Shown here: positions 36,857 to 42,284 of the stretch, piece after piece
Layout of the letters: each line of letters starts with the position of its first letter
How positions within the stretch are numbered: the first letter of the stretch is position 1
Assembly: GCA_039588275.1 (NCBI GenBank)
Contig: JBDHAC010000044.1
Coordinates: 5,912 to 48,195 of the forward strand
Length of the DNA stretch: 42,284 nt
Reading direction: 5' to 3'
Source: Gemmatimonadota bacterium
GTDB lineage: Bacteria > Gemmatimonadota > Gemmatimonadetes > Palauibacterales > Palauibacteraceae
Made by a program: the position numbers and the translations under genes
The notes under the pieces: generated by a model
Databases searched by the model: none
Seen by the model: only the letters and a program-made list of their open reading frames with translations
What the model was told of the DNA's origin: nothing

Positions 36857-37588
36857 CTACGCGGGCTGGACGTCCGGGTCGTACTGGAAGACGCCGACGC
36901 GCGCCGGCCGGAGCAATCGATCGCCGAACTTGTACCCGATCACGACAACCTGCGAAACGAGGTCATCCTGCTCCGGATCATCGGTCTCTGCAGCAAACAA
37001 CGCCTCGTGCACGTTCGGATCGAAGCGCTCTCCGAGCGGATCGATCATGTCCATCCCGGCGTCCGAGAGGGCCTTGAGGAGCTTGCGTTCGACGAGCGCG
37101 ACGCCTTCGTGCAGCGCCTCGGTCGTGGTTGAATCGGCAGGTGTGTCCGCGACGCGGGTCAGATCGTCCAGGGCGTCCAGCAGCTGAGCCGTCAACGCGG
37201 CTTGCGCGGCCTCGCGCGCCTCCAGGAGCTCTTTGCGCGTGCGGCGCTTGTAGTTGTCGAACTCGGCCGCTAGCCGCAGGTGGCGATCGCGAAGCTCCTC
37301 CAGTTCGCGCAGCTCTTCCCGTAGCTGTTCGGAGATCGCGTCCGCAGGGGCCCGGTCCGGTTCTTCCACCAGCTCGTCCTGCGGCGCTTCGGCCTCTTCC
37401 AGGTGCGCCGTGTCGGCCGCAGCAGCGGCGATATCCTCGGTCGACGTCCCGGCTTCGGCTCCGGCCTCGCCCGACTCGGGGTCGATACGCTCCGACTCCG
37501 CGGTATCGCGAGCCTCCCCACCCGCGGCGTACTCATCGTTCCCGCGCGCGCCCTGTGTCTGTCCCCTTCTCCGCTTCCGATCTCTCAT
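36857..37588 (-). CDS. grpE: Nucleotide exchange factor GrpE
   Basis: LRLAAEFDNYKRR, FDPNVHEA, GY...RLLRPARV. Confidence 0.95.
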   Translation of the reverse strand: MRDRKRRRGQTQGARGNDEYAAGGEARDTAESERIDPESGEAGAEAGTSTEDIAAAAADTAHLEEAEAPQDELVEEPDRAPADAISEQLREELRELEELRDRHLRLAAEFDNYKRRTRKELLEAREAAQAALTAQLLDALDDLTRVADTPADSTTTEALHEGVALVERKLLKALSDAGMDMIDPLGERFDPNVHEALFAAETDDPEQDDLVSQVVVIGYKFGDRLLRPARVGVFQYDPDVQPA

Positions 37589-37627
37589 TACACGCGTCCC
37601 TGCATCTCTTCCCTGTTGAACGAACTC

Positions 37628-38128
37628 TTACTGGTCGCGCACCTTCTCGGCCGCCCTCAGGGCCGCGCCCAGAAGCTCGAGCGCAGTCAGAACCGACGCA
37701 CGGCGTACCGCTTCGCGATCCCCCGAGAACGAGTATCGATAAGCTCCTGTGCGCGGACCGGCCAGCGCGATCCAAACCGTGCCGACGGGTTTGTCCGGTG
37801 CTCCACCGCCGGGACCCGCGATCCCCGTGATCGCGAGGCTCCACGTCACATCCGATCTCGCGCGCACTCCCTCCGCCATCTCGAGCGCTGTGGCTTCCGA
37901 CACGGCCCCGTGCGCCGCGAGTGTTTCCTGCCGGACGCCGAGGAACCGGGCCTTGGCCGCGTCATCGTAGCTGATCACGCCTCCCCAGAACACATCCGAC
38001 GCCCCGGGAACTGCCGTGAGGGCGGCTCCCAGCATACCACCGGTGCAGCTCTCCGCGACCGACAGCATATCACCCGCTCGACGCAGTCCGTCCACGACCG
38101 AGCGCGCCGCGGACTCCGCGGACACCAC
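37628..38128 (-). CDS. CinA C-terminal domain protein (NMN deamidase PncC-like)
   Basis: [38 protein letters not shown]; the GTG at 38128 abuts the pgsA stop. Confidence 0.9.
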   Translation of the reverse strand: MVSAESAARSVVDGLRRAGDMLSVAESCTGGMLGAALTAVPGASDVFWGGVISYDDAAKARFLGVRQETLAAHGAVSEATALEMAEGVRARSDVTWSLAITGIAGPGGGAPDKPVGTVWIALAGPRTGAYRYSFSGDREAVRRASVLTALELLGAALRAAEKVRDQ

Positions 38129-38757
38129 TACGAGTACTCGCTGGCGAAGATTCGCGAGAACGTCGCGAGATAGAAAGCTGCCGAGAGGACGGTCAGCACG
38201 AGCGCGACCGTCAGGAATGCCGCGGTGAACCAGCCGTGGAATTCCGAGAACCAGATCCATGAATGGGCGCGCGGCGACCCAGGGGTTCGAAAAGAGACCC
38301 ACAGAATGGCCGCCCCGATGAAGATGTTCTGGGCGACGGCCTTCCGCTTCCCAAGACCGCGCGCGGCGACTACCCGGCCGCGCCGCGCCGCGGCGAGCCG
38401 CAACAGCGTGATGAGCAGCTCCCGGCCCAGGAGGATGACCACGACCCAGAGCGGAACCGCGCCGAAGACGGGCAGCCCTGCCAGCTCCAGTTGGTTGGTC
38501 GTGAGCACGTACAGCGGGACCAGTGTGGCGAGCAACAGAAGCTTGTCCGCGATGGGATCGAACATCTTCCCGAACGGCGTAACCTGGTCGCGCCTCCGCG
38601 CCAGGTATCCGTCCCAAAGGTCGGAGACTGCCGCCAGGACGAACAGAACGAAGGCGGCCAGGCGGAACAGGGGGCGTGGCTGGAGGAGAAGCACGGCAAC
38701 CAACGGCGCTGCCCCGATTCGGGCCGTCGTGATCGCGTTCGGAAGGTTTAGCCTCAC
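38128..38757 (-). CDS. pgsA: CDP-alcohol phosphatidyltransferase (PgsA-like)
   Basis: [22 protein letters not shown]...[21 protein letters not shown]. Confidence 0.9.
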   Translation of the reverse strand: MRLNLPNAITTARIGAAPLVAVLLLQPRPLFRLAAFVLFVLAAVSDLWDGYLARRRDQVTPFGKMFDPIADKLLLLATLVPLYVLTTNQLELAGLPVFGAVPLWVVVILLGRELLITLLRLAAARRGRVVAARGLGKRKAVAQNIFIGAAILWVSFRTPGSPRAHSWIWFSEFHGWFTAAFLTVALVLTVLSAAFYLATFSRIFASEYS

Positions 38758-38835
38758 GTCGAAATCCCTCGGAGCAAGTGACCGACCTCGCTCTCGCTCC
38801 GGCGGTTATCTATCGACTAGTCCAGCGGACCGCTA

Positions 38836-38867
38836 AACGAGCTCCCGCGCTTGAACGAGCTCCCGCG
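38836..38867. repeat. 14-bp direct repeat with 18-bp period upstream of pgsA
   Basis: AACGAGCTCCCGCG at 38836-38849 and 38854-38867. Confidence 0.8.
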
Positions 38868-38885
38868 GTCTGCCAGGGCTCCGAC

Positions 38886-39233
38886 CTACGCCCCCTCGAC
38901 ACCCTCGCGCCCGGCTGCGGTCAGGCTCTCCTCGAGACCGGCCAGAATCCCGGCCGCGCGCTTGCGCAGCAACGGGCGATCCTCCCATGCAACATAATCT
39001 CGCAGGAGCGGAACGTCGTCCGCTTGCGGGTGCGAGCGAAGATACCCGAGCGCGGCCAATCGTCGAAGTGGATGCGGACTGAAGAGGTCGCGCCGGTGGC
39101 GCACCATCTGATCCCGCGCCAGGAAGATCCCGAGCGCGACCACCGCGGCAGCTCCCAGGAGCGCCGCGCCCGCGATCTTGAGCGCGGTGTCCGTGCGCCC
39201 CTCGTCCTTCGTGTACGCTACCCGAATAGCCAT
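38886..39233 (-). CDS. Small membrane-anchored protein with HEAT-like helices
   Basis: One TM segment, then LFSPHPLRRLAALGYL...LLRDY; abuts the recR stop. Confidence 0.75.
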   Translation of the reverse strand: MAIRVAYTKDEGRTDTALKIAGAALLGAAAVVALGIFLARDQMVRHRRDLFSPHPLRRLAALGYLRSHPQADDVPLLRDYVAWEDRPLLRKRAAGILAGLEESLTAAGREGVEGA

Positions 39234-39821
39234 CTACATGTCCCGCCGTCCCGAGAATGCTTCCGCAATGGTGACACCATCTGCGTACTCGAGGTCACCA
39301 CCGACCGGCAGCCCCCGCGCCAGACGCGTCACTCGCACATCGCTCATCGAAGATACGAGTCGATGCAAGTACGTTGCCGTCGCTTCGCCCTCGACACTCG
39401 GGTTCGTCGCGATGATCAACTCCTCGAGCCCGTCCTTCACACGCTCCAGCAGGGTCCTGATGTTCAAGTCGTCCGGGCCGACGCCGTCCAGGGGTGACAA
39501 TCGCCCTCCCAAGACGTGATACAGCCCGGCGTATCGACCTGATTTTTCGATCGCGGCGATGTCGGAGGCCTCCTCCACCACGCACACCTGCCTCTGGTCG
39601 CGGCGACCGTTGCTGCAATACTCGCACGGATTCAGGTCGCTGAGGTTGCCGCAGGTCGCACACACTTCGACCTCGGCCGCGACGCGCTCGATCGCGCGTG
39701 CGAGTCGCCGGGCATCCTCCCGTGACGTCTTGAGCAGGAAGTAGGTGAGGCGTTGCGCAGTTTTTCTGCCGATTCCCGGCAGTCGACCGAACTCACCCAC
39801 CAAGGTATCGATTGCGTTCAT
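39234..39821 (-). CDS. recR: Recombination mediator RecR
   Basis: LPGIGRKTAQRL, C4 zinc finger, YHVLGG.LSP, ATNPSVEGEAT, GLPVGGDLEYAD. Confidence 0.97.
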   Translation of the reverse strand: MNAIDTLVGEFGRLPGIGRKTAQRLTYFLLKTSREDARRLARAIERVAAEVEVCATCGNLSDLNPCEYCSNGRRDQRQVCVVEEASDIAAIEKSGRYAGLYHVLGGRLSPLDGVGPDDLNIRTLLERVKDGLEELIIATNPSVEGEATATYLHRLVSSMSDVRVTRLARGLPVGGDLEYADGVTIAEAFSGRRDM

Positions 39822-39832
39822 GCGCAGCCGGG

Positions 39833-40159
39833 TCAGCCCCCGAACAGACCCCCGAGTCCCTGGAGCGGAAGCCCCCCGGTCGCCTGTTTCATCTCCTCTT
39901 CGAGCTTCTCGCGCGCACGACGCTGGACCTCCGACGCCGCCGCCTGGATGAGGTCTTCCAGCATCTCCACATCCTCGGGATCGACCACGGCGGGATCGAG
40001 CTTGATCTTCCGAATATTCCCTTTCCCGTCGGCCGTGACTTCGACCATACCGCCCCCGCTCTGGGCGGTCAGAGTCTCCTGCTCCAGGCGACGCTGCAGG
40101 TCGTTCATCTTCGACTGCATCTGCTGACCCAGCTGAAAAAGCTGCTGCAGATTGTCCAT
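39833..40159 (-). CDS. ybaB: YbaB/EbfC nucleoid-associated protein
   Basis: QQMQSKM, SGGGMVEVT, DPEDVEMLEDLI; dnaX-ybaB-recR synteny. Start is ATG 40159 or GTG 40168. Confidence 0.95.
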   Translation of the reverse strand: MDNLQQLFQLGQQMQSKMNDLQRRLEQETLTAQSGGGMVEVTADGKGNIRKIKLDPAVVDPEDVEMLEDLIQAAASEVQRRAREKLEEEMKQATGGLPLQGLGGLFGG

Positions 40160-40172
40160 ATTCTCCACGCCA

Positions 40173-41882
40173 TCACTCCTTGAGCGTCAGGTCAAGCTCT
40201 TCTACCGCCTCCCTGAGCCGGGGATCCCTGTCCATCCAGCTCGAGACCCGCTGCTCGGCCGCCTCTTCGGATGTGAGCCGTCGTGAGCCACCGGTCTTCT
40301 CGATCTCCAACTCGAGCCGACCCGCATCGATCTGGAGCTCTTGCTCGAGGATCTCGCGTAGCGCCGCCGAGCGGTCGCGATCGTTCAGCAACCGACTGAG
40401 GTCGTCGAACAGCCCGGCCGGAATCACGAGACGCAGCGTCGATCCCTCGAGCGCTTCCACGGAGACCCCACGCAGGGCAATGGCCTGACCGCCGAGGCCG
40501 CGCGAGCGACCGACGGCGGTCTGCCATGCGCTCAGCAGCGCGTTGGAGCCGCCCGGCGTGGATAACCCGTCCTCGGAGTCCGCCGGAGGTGTCGCTGGTG
40601 GTGGCGCGGTCGTGGGCCCGGGTCGGGGCGCGGCCGTCGGCTCGTCCCGGGCGGGCGGGCGGGGACGGGGCTTCGTCGGTGCGGGCGGCTCGGCCGGGGC
40701 CGAGCCGGCGAGCCGGGCGGGGTCCGCTCCCCCTGATCCCCGCACCGCACCCAAAAGCTCTTCGAGCTCGACCGTGCTATCCATGCTGGCGATCCGAAGG
40801 AGGAGAACCTCTAGCTGGATTCGATGTTGCGAGCTGCGGTGTAGGGTGCCGGCCGACTCGAAATCGCTAACCGCGACCAGGTAGCGGAGAAGGTCGGGCG
40901 CCGTGAATCGAGCCGCCGCCTCGGTGAATCTGGCCCTCGACTCGGGTGGAATGTCCAGGGCGCCGGACTCGGGGTCCAGACGCACCACGAGCATGACGCG
41001 CAGCGCATCCCCGAGTCCGCGGATGAACTCCGCGGGGTCGTGCCCCGTGTCGAGCAGTGCCTGTACGAAGCCGAACACGGCCGCACGGTCCCCCGCTCTC
41101 ACGATCTCGAAGAACTCCAGATAGCGGTCCTCGTCGACGAGGCCCAACATCCGGCGCACATCGTCGCGCAGAACTTCGTCTCCGCTGAACGACAGCACCT
41201 GGTCCAGAAGCGAGAGGGCATCCCGCACACCACCGTCCGCGCGTCGCGCGAGCGAGAGCAGGGCACCCTCATCCGCGCGAACGTCCTCCCGCTCGAGCAC
41301 TGTCTCGAGCCGTGAAACGATGTCGGGAACGGACACACGCCTGAAGTCGAACCGCTGGCAGCGCGAAAGCACGGGGGCGGCACCCCGCTCGATCTTTTGG
41401 GGCTCCGTGGTCGCGAACGCGAATATCACACGGGGCGGCGGCTCCTCGAGGATCTTGAGGAGCGCGTTCCAGGCATCCCGCGTGAGCATGTGCGCCTCGT
41501 CGACGATGTACACCTTGTATCGCTCGTCGGTGGTCGGCGCGTACATGGCGCGCTCGCGGAGGTCGCGAGCGTCTTCCACGCCTCTATGGCTCGCCGCGTC
41601 GATCTCTACGACATCCAGCGACGCGCGCCCTGCCCAGATCCGCTCGCACGACTCGCACGTCCCGCACGGCTCCCCGCCCTCCCGATTCGGACAGTTGAGG
41701 GCCATGGCGAGGATGCGTGCGGCGGTGGTCTTGCCGACCCCGCGGGGGCCGCAGAAGAGGTACGCGTGAGCGACGCGACCCGATTCGACTGCGGTACGAA
41801 GCGTGAGGCCGATGTGGTCCTGCCCCACGAGCTCGTCGAAGCTCCGAGGACGGTGCGTTCTGGCTAGGGCTGTGCGATACAC
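40173..41882 (-). CDS. dnaX: DNA polymerase III subunit gamma/tau
   Basis: RP..F.ELVGQ, GPRGVGKTT, EIDAAS, IVDEAHML, LEEPP, SRCQRF. Confidence 0.97.
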   Translation of the reverse strand: MYRTALARTHRPRSFDELVGQDHIGLTLRTAVESGRVAHAYLFCGPRGVGKTTAARILAMALNCPNREGGEPCGTCESCERIWAGRASLDVVEIDAASHRGVEDARDLRERAMYAPTTDERYKVYIVDEAHMLTRDAWNALLKILEEPPPRVIFAFATTEPQKIERGAAPVLSRCQRFDFRRVSVPDIVSRLETVLEREDVRADEGALLSLARRADGGVRDALSLLDQVLSFSGDEVLRDDVRRMLGLVDEDRYLEFFEIVRAGDRAAVFGFVQALLDTGHDPAEFIRGLGDALRVMLVVRLDPESGALDIPPESRARFTEAAARFTAPDLLRYLVAVSDFESAGTLHRSSQHRIQLEVLLLRIASMDSTVELEELLGAVRGSGGADPARLAGSAPAEPPAPTKPRPRPPARDEPTAAPRPGPTTAPPPATPPADSEDGLSTPGGSNALLSAWQTAVGRSRGLGGQAIALRGVSVEALEGSTLRLVIPAGLFDDLSRLLNDRDRSAALREILEQELQIDAGRLELEIEKTGGSRRLTSEEAAEQRVSSWMDRDPRLREAVEELDLTLKE

Positions 41883-41974
41883 GTCGTCGGGTGCCGGGAC
41901 TGCGGGTCGCTAGCTGACGCCAGTCCCCGTTCCGTTCCACCCGGATCGGGGTCCTGGAGAACTCCACAAAAAAA

Positions 41975-42072
41975 GAGCCCCAGGCGGACCGTGGCGACCT
42001 TCACACGCTTACCGCTGCTACCTTCACGGTCCTCACGGGGTTCACGCGCTCCGACCCCACGGGCCTGGGGCC
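41975..42072 (-). ncRNA. ffs: Signal recognition particle RNA (small bacterial 4.5S type)
   Basis: Minus strand GGCCCCAGGC...GTGAACCCCGTGAGGACCGTGAAGGTAGCAGCGGTAAGCG...GCCTGGGGCTC plus a T7 tail; rod-like hairpin; canonical position upstream of dnaX. Confidence 0.92.
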
Positions 42073-42077
42073 ATGCT

Positions 42078-42107
42078 ATCTTAGCGGCCGTGGCAGGGCG
42101 GGGTCAA
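42078..42107 (-). promoter_or_regulatory. Sigma70 promoter of ffs
   Basis: Minus strand TTGACC-N18-TAAGAT, about 6 nt before the RNA 5' end. Confidence 0.7.
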
Positions 42108-42170
42108 ACCGGGCGCGTCGGGCTCGGCGCCCCCCGGCGCGATCGTGGTCAAGACCAAGAAGCCCCAGCC

Positions 42171-42284
42171 CTAGGTGTGCGTCGCAAGGACGTTATTCAC
42201 CCTGAGCTCGACGAGACGCTGGAAGGGTGTACGTCGTCCGATCCCGGCGTGTCGCCGGGTGAGATTGTAGTAGCGTAGCCAGGC
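42171..42284 (-). CDS. IS481-family transposase, C-terminal fragment
   Basis: Hand translation: AWLRYYNLTRRHAGIGRRTPFQRLVELRVNNVLATHT*, matching the YN..R.H...G..TP...NNV end of IS481-type DDE transposases. Confidence 0.85.
   Translation of the reverse strand, partial: AWLRYYNLTRRHAGIGRRTPFQRLVELRVNNVLATHT
42176..42284 (-). mobile_element. Right end of an IS481-family insertion sequence
   Basis: Terminal TGT (plus strand TGTGCGTCGCAAGGACGTTATTCAC) next to CCTAGG (42170-42175), matching the NCTAGN target of IS481. Confidence 0.8.

Noticed and set aside
37628..38617. 329-aa full-length CinA
   Set aside because: The N-terminal half overlaps pgsA in another frame and has no molybdopterin-binding-like motifs; only the C-terminal domain is real.
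40173..41882. Programmed frameshift in dnaX producing gamma
   Set aside because: No A-AAA-AAG heptamer or long A/T run was seen in the coding strand; the Pro-rich linker is ordinary.

Overview
GC-rich bacterial core-genome window; the gene content suggests Gemmatimonadota (inference). The minus strand carries housekeeping runs: ffs(SRP RNA)-dnaX-ybaB-recR-hyp-pgsA-cinA-grpE-dnaJ; lepB-sigma70-rplM-rpsI-rpsB-tsf-pyrH-frr-orf-tilS-hpt-ftsH-folP-cdaA; and exbB-exbD-exbD-tonB followed by yggS-divIVA-pnp-ileS (truncated by the window edge). A plus-strand block (24.5-35.7 kb) encodes a creatininase-like protein with a degenerate active site, an exported protein, a YknWXYZ/MacAB-like exporter (Yip1 protein, SPOR-fused adaptor, ATPase, two permeases), bshB1, a cysteine desulfurase and mnmA. 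The right edge clips an IS481-family element. No CRISPR array, prophage or rRNA/tRNA gene was seen. The best leads are: (1) an adaptor with a C-terminal SPOR domain bracketed by a 22-bp direct repeat, followed by an apparent relic of its old C-terminus; (2) two apparent deletions in the same exporter operon; (3) a type-2 IleRS with the GXHH motif linked to mupirocin hyper-resistance; (4) a sigma70 factor lacking most of region 3; (5) a terminator inside the rplM leader; (6) a consensus promoter hidden in tilS; (7) an SRP RNA with a 5-nt apical loop. Product calls come from motif recognition by eye; no database searches were run.
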